Positions 1 through 8,271 of a DNA stretch of 64,000 nt are shown piece after piece (within the stretch, counting starts at the first letter, position 1; each line of letters begins with the position of its first letter). Origin of the DNA: Oligoflexia bacterium (GTDB lineage: Bacteria; Bdellovibrionota_C; UBA2361; SZUA-149; DAOLCO01); the NCBI GenBank assembly GCA_035327825.1, contig DAOLCO010000013.1, positions 8,033 through 72,032 of the forward strand. Direction: 5' to 3'. Position numbers and translations under genes: made by a program. Below the pieces are notes generated by a model. The model was not told the origin of the DNA. It did no database searches and saw nothing but the letters and a program-made list of their open reading frames with translations.

Positions 1-1
1 A

Positions 2-1240
2 GGAGGTCATACAAATACTGTTAGCGTTCCTGATGAGGCAGGTGTTATTTGGGAAGTAGATACCGGTTTTATTGTTCTTAATGACTGCAATTATCCAATT
101 CTACATGAATTGTTTGAGCGCTGGAATGTAAGGGTCCGCTGGAGTGATATGTCGTTTAGTTTTTTTGATCCGGTAGATCCATTTTATTATGCAGGTACTA
201 CTCTTTTTGGTCTGTTTTCTCAGGTTGAAAATGCATTAAGACCGTCTTTCTATCGTTTTTTGTTTGAAATTCTCAGATTCTGCAGGGACGCTTCTTTATA
301 TTTGTCTGTATCTTCTTCTCCTTCCAGAAGCACGCTATTTCCTAGTCCGGGAGTAATGACAGAGCTAAGCCTTGGAGAATTTCTCGAGCGTGGTGGGTAT
401 TCGATTGATATGATTGAATGCTATTTGTTACCTATGGGATCAGCTATCTGGTCAGTGCCCACTGAAACAATCAGGGATTTTCCAGCCGAATCATTTTTCC
501 GTTTCTTCCGTAATCATGGACTTCTTGGATTGTTGAAGAGACCCAGGTGGCAAACAGTTTGTGGCGGAAGTAGTGCGTACCTTTCTACTTTCAGCAGTCT
601 ATTTAAAGGTGAAGTTCTTCTTGGTTCTCAAGTAGAAAATGTAAGAAGGGATTTATCGAGGAGTGAAGGGGGGGTTGCAATTTTTTATCGAGATAATAAA
701 TCTGATGATCTTAAGGAAAAGAAATTTGATGAAGTTGTGTTTGCCTGTCACGCAGATCAGGCACTCAATATGATTGATTCACCAACTGTTCTTGAAAAAG
801 ATCTTCTTGGTGTCTGGAAATATCAGATGAATGAAGCAATTCTTCATACTGACAGCAGTATTCTTCCTCCATGCAAGCATGCCTGGGCTTCGTGGAATTA
901 CTATGGAAGGTACCGAAATTCTGGCTTAAATGATGGCGGATTATCGAATTCCGCTACTCTTACTTATTATATGAATCTTCTTCAGGGACTGGATAGCAAG
1001 ACTGATTTTCTTGTAACTCTTAATGATGATAGGCATATTCTTAAAGACAAAATTCTGAAAAGAATATCCTATTCGCATCCTGTTTACACAGCTGAGGCAG
1101 TTTATTCCCAGACCAGACTTCACGAGTTGCAGGGTAAGAATCATTCTTATTTTGCCGGAAGTTATTTTGGAAATGGTTTTCATGAGGACGGTGCCCGATC
1201 TGGTGCTCAAGTGGCTTTATTTAAGGGCGTTGCGTTGTGA
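2..1240 (+). CDS. FAD/NAD-binding amine-oxidase-family oxidoreductase (COG2907-like), 5'-truncated by the window edge
   Basis: The frame is open from nt 2 (GGHTNTVSVPDEAGVIWEVDTGFIVLND...) and continuous with ORF 110..1240, so the true start lies upstream of the window. The C-terminal GSYFGNGFHEDGARSG signature and the position directly upstream of DUF1365/CFA-synthase genes are typical of this family. The stop overlaps the next start (GTGA). Confidence 0.7.
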   Translation, partial: GGHTNTVSVPDEAGVIWEVDTGFIVLNDCNYPILHELFERWNVRVRWSDMSFSFFDPVDPFYYAGTTLFGLFSQVENALRPSFYRFLFEILRFCRDASLYLSVSSSPSRSTLFPSPGVMTELSLGEFLERGGYSIDMIECYLLPMGSAIWSVPTETIRDFPAESFFRFFRNHGLLGLLKRPRWQTVCGGSSAYLSTFSSLFKGEVLLGSQVENVRRDLSRSEGGVAIFYRDNKSDDLKEKKFDEVVFACHADQALNMIDSPTVLEKDLLGVWKYQMNEAILHTDSSILPPCKHAWASWNYYGRYRNSGLNDGGLSNSATLTYYMNLLQGLDSKTDFLVTLNDDRHILKDKILKRISYSHPVYTAEAVYSQTRLHELQGKNHSYFAGSYFGNGFHEDGARSGAQVALFKGVAL

Positions 1241-3252
1241 GCGAGGTAGTCTCTTCAAGTCTTTTTTTTGGAGAAGTTTTTCATCAAAGGAATACCCCGA
1301 AAGTCCATTCTTTTACCTATCCGCTTTTTACTTTAAGGATTTCTATTGATGAACTTCCAGATTTGTCAAGAAAAGGATTTGGTGTATTTTCATATAATGG
1401 TTTTGGAATTTTTTCTGTTTTTGATCGGGATTATTTGTGTTCTGAAGAAGGCACTATCAGGAAGAGACTGGAAAAAATTCTGATAAATCAGGGTATTAAC
1501 GAAGTCCCGGATCAAATTGATCTTGTAACTAATCCTCGTTTTTTGGGTTATGTTTTTAATCCTGTTAGTTTTTTTCTTTGCTATCGTCAGAACATGGATT
1601 TGTATGCTGTTGTGGCTGAGGTTCATAATACCTTTGGGGAAAAGCATTTATACCTGCTTCCAGAGAGTGATTTTGAGCGAGTTAAAGTAAATGGTACTTC
1701 CCGATTAAAGGTTAAAGGTAACCTTAAAAAAGTATTTCATGTATCACCGTTTTTTGATCGGGAAGGTTTTTATCGTTTTGTTATTGAGTCTGATGTTAAC
1801 TTAATGGATTTAAGGGTATCTCTTGTAAAAGATGGAGATACGGTTTTTACTTCCCGTTTGCATGGTACAAAGCAAGTATCATGGAGTAATATTGCCTTAC
1901 TTAAGGCATTTGCTCGTTATCCGGGTTCTATATTGTTAACAATGACAAGAATTATTTATCAGGCGTATTTATTAAAATTCAGGAGAGGATTAAAGGTGTT
2001 TAGCAAACCTATCGCGGCTCATCCGATGACTATTCAAAGAACCGGGCCAGGTATTTTTCAAAGACTTTCTTTTGCTTTCATTTCTTCATTTCTTAATGGT
2101 GTCAAACGTGGGCAAATTGTGCTTCGTCATAATGATGGAAATTACTTTGAGAAAAGTGGAGAGAAGGAAGGATCGAGAGCTGATATATTAATAAGGAACT
2201 ATGATATTTTCACAAGGTCATTAATTTCAGGTGATATTGGATTCGGTGAATCTTATGTGGAGAAAGACTGGGATAGCGAAGATCTTGTGAGTATTTTGCG
2301 TTTTTTTTGTGAGAACATGGATAATATGGATGATCGAAGTATCCTTTTATCCAGGATCGGTCGTGTCTTTAACACGATAACTCATTTTGCGAGAAGAAAT
2401 ACGATTACAAACAGCAAGGAGAATATTTCCAGACATTATGATTTAAGCAATGAGCTTTTTGGCAGATTTCTTGATAAAAATATGCTTTACTCTTCTGCTG
2501 TTTTTGATTCTGGTCAGGAGAGCCTGGAAGATGCCCAAATAAAAAAGATGAACATGTTAATAAATTATGCCGATCTTAAAAGCTCTGACCATTTGCTTGA
2601 AATTGGTTGTGGTTGGGGTGCTCTTGCAATTCATGCTGCGAAAACTGTTGGATGTCGAGTTACTGGCATTACTCTTTCAAGCGAGCAAAAAGCCTGGGCT
2701 GATAGAAGAATCAGGGAAGAAGGTCTTGAGGATCAGGTTTCTGTGAAACTTCTTGATTACAGGCAAATTGAAGGCAATTTTGACAAAATTATTTCAGTTG
2801 AAATGATTGAGGCAGTTGGCCATGCCTTTTTAGATTCATTTTTCTCCCGGTCAGGTAGTCTTTTAAAGAATAATGGCAGGCTTGTGCTTCAGGTAATTAC
2901 AGTGCCCGAATCTCGCTATGATGCTTACAGAAAAGGCTGTGACTGGATACAAAAATATATTTTCCCTGGAGGGCATTGTCCATCGGTATCAGCTCTTGTT
3001 GAGTCGGCAAGCAAGGCCTCCGGTTTTTCCCTTCAGTCTTCGACTAATATCGGTTTGCACTATGCAACAACTCTTTCTCGTTGGCGGACTCGCTTTAATG
3101 AGAATTTTGACGAGATCAGGACTTTCGGGTTTGATGAACGTTTCAAGAGAATGTGGAATTATTATCTTGCATATTGCGAAGCAGGTTTTTCATCCAGTGC
3201 AATTCATGCGCATCATATGGTATTTGAGAGGAGTAAATCAGGTAATGTGTAA
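1237..3252 (+). CDS. DUF1365 domain fused to a cyclopropane-fatty-acyl-phospholipid-synthase-family SAM methyltransferase (671 aa)
   Basis: The N-terminal ~250 aa match the DUF1365 pattern (GEVFHQRNTPKVHSFTYPLF..., VFNPVSFF, VAEVHNTFGEKHLY). The C-terminal ~400 aa are CFA-synthase-like (HYDLSNELF, SAM motif LLEIGCGWGALAIHAAK, MIEAVGH, ...YLAYCEAGF). GTG start overlapping the upstream stop. Confidence 0.8.
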   Translation: MSEVVSSSLFFGEVFHQRNTPKVHSFTYPLFTLRISIDELPDLSRKGFGVFSYNGFGIFSVFDRDYLCSEEGTIRKRLEKILINQGINEVPDQIDLVTNPRFLGYVFNPVSFFLCYRQNMDLYAVVAEVHNTFGEKHLYLLPESDFERVKVNGTSRLKVKGNLKKVFHVSPFFDREGFYRFVIESDVNLMDLRVSLVKDGDTVFTSRLHGTKQVSWSNIALLKAFARYPGSILLTMTRIIYQAYLLKFRRGLKVFSKPIAAHPMTIQRTGPGIFQRLSFAFISSFLNGVKRGQIVLRHNDGNYFEKSGEKEGSRADILIRNYDIFTRSLISGDIGFGESYVEKDWDSEDLVSILRFFCENMDNMDDRSILLSRIGRVFNTITHFARRNTITNSKENISRHYDLSNELFGRFLDKNMLYSSAVFDSGQESLEDAQIKKMNMLINYADLKSSDHLLEIGCGWGALAIHAAKTVGCRVTGITLSSEQKAWADRRIREEGLEDQVSVKLLDYRQIEGNFDKIISVEMIEAVGHAFLDSFFSRSGSLLKNNGRLVLQVITVPESRYDAYRKGCDWIQKYIFPGGHCPSVSALVESASKASGFSLQSSTNIGLHYATTLSRWRTRFNENFDEIRTFGFDERFKRMWNYYLAYCEAGFSSSAIHAHHMVFERSKSGNV

Positions 3253-3796
3253 GAGATTTTTGTTTGTACTCCTGTCTTTTGTGTTGACTTGTTCGCTGTC
3301 TCTTTCTTTTGCTTCTGAGGAAGATTTAAGTTTTACGCCATCTCTGGAGCATCTTGATCTTCGTGGTAAGGCCCGTTTTAAGTGGTTTATTTTTGAAGTT
3401 TTTAATGCGAGCTTTTATACCGAACATAAGGTAGATTCCTTTGAAGAGATATTTGACCGGGCTGGTGATGTTTTTCTTGAGCTGACCTATTCCCGGGCGA
3501 TTCCTGCGGAGGATTTTATATCCAGTTCGGAAAAAAGTTTAAATCAAAATAAGAACCTTAACCGGAATGCCATAGAGGATCACTTGAATAGGCTTTATAG
3601 TGTATATGAAGACGTAGAGGCAGGTGAAAAGTACGCTCTTTTTTATTTTGCAAGCACGGAAAGTACCTGTTTATTTAAAAACGGGGTAAAAAAAGTTTGT
3701 CTTGGGGGAAAAGATTTTGCAAAAGCCTATTTTGGCATATGGTTATCAAGATATAGTGTGGATGATAAATTTTCACGAAAATTGCTTGGTTCATGA
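3245..3796 (+). CDS. Secreted chalcone-isomerase-like (CHI-like) family protein
   Basis: I chose the internal ATG at 3245, which overlaps the upstream stop by 8 nt. It gives an N-terminal signal peptide (MCKRFLFVLLSFVLTCSLSLSFA). Motifs RGKARFKWFIFEVFNASFY and AYFGIWLS...KLLG resemble bacterial CHI-like proteins that accompany CFA-synthase operons. The 2918 start in the ORF track lies inside the upstream gene in another frame. Confidence 0.55.
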   Translation: MCKRFLFVLLSFVLTCSLSLSFASEEDLSFTPSLEHLDLRGKARFKWFIFEVFNASFYTEHKVDSFEEIFDRAGDVFLELTYSRAIPAEDFISSSEKSLNQNKNLNRNAIEDHLNRLYSVYEDVEAGEKYALFYFASTESTCLFKNGVKKVCLGGKDFAKAYFGIWLSRYSVDDKFSRKLLGS

Positions 3797-3846
3797 GTCT
3801 TTTTGGGTTCTGATCTTAATTGGTTGGTTTAACAAGAAAGGTGATA

Positions 3847-4488
3847 ATGTCTGGAGTTGCTAAAGAAAATACTGTTCAATCTGGCACCCAATTTGACACT
3901 CAATCTGATACGGAGGAATTTAATCGTTTGAGTATGAACCCTGAAGAGTGGCTTCAGGAATATGGCGACTATTTGTATCGATATGCTGTTTTGCAATTAA
4001 AAGATACCGGGGCGGCAGAGGATGCAGTTCAGGATGCTTTGATGAGCGCTTATAGGGCACGAGAAAGTTTTCAGGGAAAATCAACCCAGAAAACCTGGCT
4101 TATGACTATTCTAAGGAATAAAGTTATCGATATAGCCAGAAAGCGTAAGCGTGACATGCTGGTAATGACAGAGTCTATTGAAGATGATCCGCTGGTTCGC
4201 GCAAGTTTTAGTGGGGCTGGAATCTGGAGTAAATGGTTAAATTCCTGGGGTAGTAGCCCAGAGGATTTGCTTTCGCATCGTGATTTTCTGGAGCAGGTAA
4301 ATTCGTGCCTTGAAAAACTTCCTGATAATTTAAGACAGGTTTTTGTTCTTAGGAACGTCGATGATTTAAGTACGGAAGAAATATGTGAACGTCTTGATAT
4401 AAATGCGAACAACGTATGGGTTATTTTGTACCGTGCCCGATTGAGGCTAAGGGAATGTCTTGAATTAAACTGGTTTAAGGTGAAATAA
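3847..4488 (+). CDS. ECF-type RNA polymerase sigma-70 family factor
   Basis: Region 2 (YGDYLYRYAVLQLKDTGAAEDAVQDALMSAY) and region 4 (LSTEEICERLDINANNVWVILYRARLRLRECL) are both present. ATG at 3847 is preceded by AAGGTGA; the TTG at 3820 is an alternative start. Confidence 0.85.
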   Translation: MSGVAKENTVQSGTQFDTQSDTEEFNRLSMNPEEWLQEYGDYLYRYAVLQLKDTGAAEDAVQDALMSAYRARESFQGKSTQKTWLMTILRNKVIDIARKRKRDMLVMTESIEDDPLVRASFSGAGIWSKWLNSWGSSPEDLLSHRDFLEQVNSCLEKLPDNLRQVFVLRNVDDLSTEEICERLDINANNVWVILYRARLRLRECLELNWFKVK

Positions 4489-4808
4489 TGGAAGCTCGCG
4501 ATTCTGAAAAGTTTGAAATGGATGCCGGGAAAAAGCTTTTGGCACCATTTTCTTGCAAAGAGTACACTAAGTTGTGTTCTTTTTCCGGTGACAGGCCTTT
4601 AGGTTTTTGGGAAAAGATATGCCACAGGTTTCACCATTTGTGTTGTTTTACTTGCAGAAGATTTTCAAACCAGATTGGTTTTATAAATATGGCATGCCGC
4701 CATGTGATTGACGGTAACTCTTGTTCGGCACTTCCGGATGAGGCGAGGGCAAGAATAGAAAAAAAACTGAAGGAAAACCTCGCTCAGGATCCAAACCTTA
4801 ATGAATAA
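4488..4808 (+). CDS. Short zinc-finger (ZAS-type, H-x3-C-x2-C) putative anti-sigma factor
   Basis: Start overlaps the sigma-factor stop (TAATG). The motif HHLCCFTC fits H-x3-C-x2-C. 106 aa, with no obvious TM segment or cupin domain. Confidence 0.6.
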   Translation: MEARDSEKFEMDAGKKLLAPFSCKEYTKLCSFSGDRPLGFWEKICHRFHHLCCFTCRRFSNQIGFINMACRHVIDGNSCSALPDEARARIEKKLKENLAQDPNLNE

Positions 4809-4983
4809 TACCTCTAATTCTTTAAGAAGCTTGTAGCTAAAACTAGAATGGTCATTCTAATACGTTGATTTTATTCAATTTCATCCTTTACTTAATTCTG
4901 TCCCCAATGATAGGATACATCAATAGTTCTATTGATTCTTTAACTAGTTAATATCTGGAAGATGTGTCGTCCTGCTTATCCGG

Positions 4984-5004
4984 AATCCCCAGTTGGGGGT
5001 TTTT
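4984..5004 (+). terminator. Weak candidate intrinsic terminator
   Basis: AATCCCC-AGTT-GGGGGTT hairpin followed by TTT, about 175 nt downstream of the anti-sigma stop. The stem is short. Confidence 0.3.
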
Positions 5005-5220
5005 AGTGGCTAATCAGGGGTTGAGTCGGGGCTCAGTCATTACCATTTTTTGCTGCAAATGATTGAGCTTCTGCATGTTTATGGTTTTATAGAATTTCCC
5101 CATTATCTTATCTCCTTAATTTAATCCCTGATTTGGGAATCTTTGCTCTGTTCGGGGTTACTCTTTAGTCTCTTTATTTGAAGATGCTAGAGGGTGACCC
5201 TGAATAGAATTTCACTTATC

Positions 5221-5646
5221 TGGGTTACTCGTATGCCCGAAGGAAACGTTGACTGGATCTTTTCAGGACTCGCATTGGAGCAGTCTGACAGTCGACGGAG
5301 GGACGGAGGGCGCAAGTAGGGAGTAAAATATGAACGGTAGCGGTGGTTATGTACCTGCTGCAGAAGCAGCCTGTGGGGATTTTTACGAAGAGCCGAGGGT
5401 CGTGTCTTCCCCCGTAAAAAAAGAGTCTCGCTTTGGTCGTCCAGGAGGAACGTTTGTTCCTTTTGAGGACTGGGACAGTGGGCAAAAGCACATTCCCACG
5501 CCATGCGAAGACAAAGGCGATTGATTGATTCCCACCTAGAGACGAGGGGCTTCATGGTAACTTGGGCGAAACACCATGGGCCCCTTTGTCTCCCCCCTGC
5601 TCCCATGTGAATCGAGAGAGTACCTCTTCACATGGGAGTCTTTTTT
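5221..5646 (+). ncRNA. Unassigned structured RNA candidate (GC-enriched core ending in a strong terminator)
   Basis: About 53% G+C by hand count over 5221-5640, against visibly AT-rich flanks.
- Only short R/W/C-rich ORFs on either strand.
- Stable local hairpins at 5357-5370, 5380-5420, 5439-5470 and 5546-5584.
- A 12-bp terminator stem plus T-run at the 3' end fixes the plus strand.
- The 5' boundary is uncertain. Confidence 0.45.
5600..5646 (+). terminator. Rho-independent terminator
   Basis: CTCCCATGTGAA (5600-5611) pairs perfectly with TTCACATGGGAG (5627-5638), followed by TCTTTTTT. Confidence 0.8.
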
Positions 5647-5904
5647 GGGGGAGGGTCTTTTTTTGTGGGTACGGGTAAGGGATTTATTTCAGGTTATTTA
5701 AGTTTCATGCAGAAGCTTAATCATTTCCCATATTTTGCATTTCACAGATTGTGATTAGTCGATGTTAAAAAACGCAGGCTTTATCATCGATTAATTAGAA
5801 TGATCAATCCATTAAAATAAATGGATTAGGCGCAATCAAATTGCTAGAGTAATCTATCGTGGTTTAAGGTTTTTCAATCATCCCGTTTAAGGAAAGGGAC
5901 AAAA

Positions 5905-6189
5905 ATGTCATTTCTTCCAAATGTTCTTCAGGAGGAAAAAGAGTTCTGGCTGGAGGCATTATGCGACGGGTTTCGAAGCTATGTGCTTTGGGTAAAAAAA
6001 GTTTGCCCGGATCTTGCCAGACCAGAAAGCAGAAGGCTGACCCGAGTTGTAATGGCTGTTGATAGCAACGGCTTTGATTTGAATCAACGGGGGAATGAAG
6101 TGCTTTTGCTTATTCTTTTTAGCGAGCAAGTTCGTTTTCAGGAAATCAGAGATAGGGCTTTTGAAATGTTGACTGGAGAATGGCCCTAG
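5905..6189 (+). CDS. Hypothetical protein (94 aa)
   Basis: ATG preceded by AAGGAAAGGGA. No recognisable motif. Convergent with rpsP. Confidence 0.35.
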   Translation: MSFLPNVLQEEKEFWLEALCDGFRSYVLWVKKVCPDLARPESRRLTRVVMAVDSNGFDLNQRGNEVLLLILFSEQVRFQEIRDRAFEMLTGEWP

Positions 6190-6278
6190 CTTGGATAGAG
6201 TAAAAAGGTTTGAACCCACTCGAGAGTCGCCCACGGGCTCTCTATTTCAATTTATAATCGCTTAAACAACATTGCCAC

Positions 6279-6599
6279 TTATGCTTTGGCTCTTTTCTTC
6301 CTCGAGGCTCTTTTTGCCTGAAGTTTCTTTGTTCGACCTTCAAGTATACCAGAGACATAACCAGGAATTTGTTTTTCAACTATTCTAAGAGTTGTTTCAG
6401 TAAGCTGTGCACCAACTCCTACCCAATACTTTACCCTGTCTTCTTTTAGATCAACTGTAGGAGGATTTGTAACAGGATTAAATGTACCCAGAACCTCAAT
6501 GTAACGACCATCTCGCTTAGCGTCCTTATCTGCAGCTACAATTCTGTAAAATGGAAGGTTCTTTCTTCCAAGTCGCGCTAATCTTATGTGGACGGACAT
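6279..6599 (-). CDS. rpsP: 30S ribosomal protein S16 with a basic C-terminal tail
   Basis: MSVHIRLARLGRKNLPFYRIVAADKDAKRDGRYIEVLGTFNP is the canonical S16 N-terminus. Confidence 0.95.
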   Translation of the reverse strand: MSVHIRLARLGRKNLPFYRIVAADKDAKRDGRYIEVLGTFNPVTNPPTVDLKEDRVKYWVGVGAQLTETTLRIVEKQIPGYVSGILEGRTKKLQAKRASRKKRAKA

Positions 6600-6780
6600 A
6601 CTTAATTCCTGAGCTAAAATACAAAATCAATTATAAATATTTATATGAGTGCTCCCTATTGGATTTTCCCAGAGGGATGGGGTTTATATATTTTTAAAGC
6701 TTAAATTTCAAGACTTGTTAGTGAGATTTGGGCAAGTTCTTATTATTTAAGGGTAACCTGAGCAATAAAGTTATCATTTT

Positions 6781-8184
6781 CTATTTACCTGAGCCCTTGT
6801 TCCCACCCATAATTTGCCCAAAATTCGCCATGTTACCCATTTGACCCAGACCTCCACCCATGCTTCCCAGATTGCGAAGCGCTTTTGGCCCCATTTTGGT
6901 CATGCTTTTCATCATTTTTCTCATGGTGGCAAACTGGGTTAGTAACTTATTTACCTCTTCAACTGTGGTTCCACTTCCTCTCGCAATACGTTTTTTTCTG
7001 CTTCCATCAATCAGGTCAGCGGATTTTCTCTCAGCCGGGGTCATTGAAAGTATCATGGCCTCAACCCTGGACATTTCTTTTTCGGCAACTCCCCCATCCA
7101 TTTGCTGACCTAATTTTCCTGCACCTGGAATCATCTGAAGTAGTGAGCTTATAGAACCCATTTTCTTAATCATCTGCATCTGTGAGTAAAAGTCCTGCAA
7201 CGTAAATTCGTCTTTTCGAAATTTTCTTTCCAGGGATTTTGCGTCTTCAATACTTACTTGCTTTGAAGCTTTTTCAATCAGGGATAACACATCTCCCATG
7301 CCAAGAATTCGCGAAGCCATTCTGTCAGGTTGGAAAACCTCAAGGGCATCTGTTTTTTCTCCAGTACCAATAAACTTTATTGGCTTACCTGTTACTGCCC
7401 GCATGGAAAGCGCGGCCCCACCCCGAGAGTCACCATCAAGTTTAGTAAGAATTAGCCCATCCAGCTCTAGTGATTCATCAAAAGTTTTGGCTACTTTTAC
7501 AGCCTCCTGTCCGGTCATGGCATCTGCTACAAGAAGTACTTCATGAGGTTCGATTGTTTCTACAATATCGATAAGTTCATTCATCAGGGTTGTATCAATT
7601 TGTAATCGACCTGCAGTATCTACAATTAAAGTATCAAAGCCAGCCTGAGAGGCGTGTTGCTGTGCTCTTACAGCAATGTCTTTTGGTGATTCATCAGCAT
7701 TAGAAGGAAATACAGGAACATTTAATTGTTTACCAAGAATTCCTAATTGCTCTATTGCGGCGGGACGATATACGTCGACTGATACAAGGATGGGGGTTCG
7801 TTTAAGTTCTTCTTTTAAATATTTTGCAAGTTTTGCACAGGATGTTGTTTTACCAGACCCCTGGAGTCCGACGAGTACAATAATTACTGGGGGACTAAAA
7901 CGTATATTTAATGGTGCATGTTCGCCAAGAGTACGAACCAGTTCCTCATGAACAAATTTGATTACCATTTGTCCGGGGTTCAGACTTTTCAGGACTTTCA
8001 TGCCAAGCGCATTTTTTTTAACATTTGAGCAGAATTCTTTTACCACTGAAAGCGAGACGTCAGCTTCAAGTAAGGCAACCTTGATTTGCTCTAGCGCAAG
8101 CTCGATATCCTTTTCAGACAGAGAGCCTCTAGAGCGAAGTGATTTGAATATAGTTTCGAATTTATCCGAGAGTGAGTTGAACAT
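6781..8184 (-). CDS. ffh: Signal recognition particle protein Ffh
   Basis: N domain, then an SRP54 GTPase with GLQGSGKTTS, DTAGR and TKLDG motifs, then a Met-rich M domain (MMKSMTKMG...GGLGQMGNM). Confidence 0.95.
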   Translation of the reverse strand: MFNSLSDKFETIFKSLRSRGSLSEKDIELALEQIKVALLEADVSLSVVKEFCSNVKKNALGMKVLKSLNPGQMVIKFVHEELVRTLGEHAPLNIRFSPPVIIVLVGLQGSGKTTSCAKLAKYLKEELKRTPILVSVDVYRPAAIEQLGILGKQLNVPVFPSNADESPKDIAVRAQQHASQAGFDTLIVDTAGRLQIDTTLMNELIDIVETIEPHEVLLVADAMTGQEAVKVAKTFDESLELDGLILTKLDGDSRGGAALSMRAVTGKPIKFIGTGEKTDALEVFQPDRMASRILGMGDVLSLIEKASKQVSIEDAKSLERKFRKDEFTLQDFYSQMQMIKKMGSISSLLQMIPGAGKLGQQMDGGVAEKEMSRVEAMILSMTPAERKSADLIDGSRKKRIARGSGTTVEEVNKLLTQFATMRKMMKSMTKMGPKALRNLGSMGGGLGQMGNMANFGQIMGGNKGSGK

Positions 8185-8271
8185 AGTTTAAATAATCCTA
8201 AATCTGAGGTCATCAAGAGTATGAGAATAATGAGTCTAAGGCAAGTGTCCGGGAAGGGTGAAAAATGCGCT

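Larger units (their letters stand above)
5057..5726. other. ORF-less ~670-bp element bounded by 21-nt inverted repeats
   Basis: AAATGATTGAGCTTCTGCATG (5057-5077) is the reverse complement of CATGCAGAAGCTTAATCATTT (5706-5726) at 20 of 21 positions. The single difference would be a G-U pair in plus-strand RNA. The repeats enclose the GC-enriched hairpin-dense core listed separately. Confidence 0.6.

Noticed and set aside
2918-3244. Long 5' extension of ORF 2918..3796
   Set aside because: It lies entirely inside the CFA-synthase gene in another frame. The ATG at 3245 gives a proper signal peptide and an operon-style overlap.
3811-3840. TGATC...AAGA arrangement upstream of the ECF sigma gene as a ChrR-type ECF autoregulatory promoter
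   Set aside because: It is too close to the start codon to leave room for a leader and RBS. I am also not certain of the consensus spacing. The sigma gene is more simply co-transcribed with the upstream operon.
5187-5606. ORFs 5187..5606(-), 5225..5491(-) and 5330..5524(+) as protein-coding genes
   Set aside because: The translations are R/W/C/P-rich nonsense and mutually overlapping. They have no RBS and lie in a GC-enriched, hairpin-dense stretch that ends in a terminator. This is more consistent with non-coding structured sequence.
5221-5646. Identity of the structured region as RNase P RNA, tmRNA, SRP RNA, 6S RNA, a glmS or B12 riboswitch, or a group II intron
   Set aside because: None of the diagnostic motifs was found by eye on either strand.
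- RNase P: no GGAAAGTCC(GGGC) or ACAGAA..CGGCTTA strands.
- tmRNA: no GGTTCGA-type T-arm. The tempting GGAGCAG/CTGCTCC pairing lacks G3-U70 and a CCA context.
- SRP RNA: only a 9-nt GAAGCAGCC match, without the helix-8 loops.
- Group II intron: no GTGCG 5' end and no domain V.

This still needs an Infernal scan.
6860-8191. Antisense ORFs within ffh (6860..7108, 6885..7154, 7298..7546, 7676..7951, 7958..8191), and similar shadow ORFs inside other long genes across the window
   Set aside because: They are shadow ORFs opposite well-supported genes, with low-complexity translations and no independent support.
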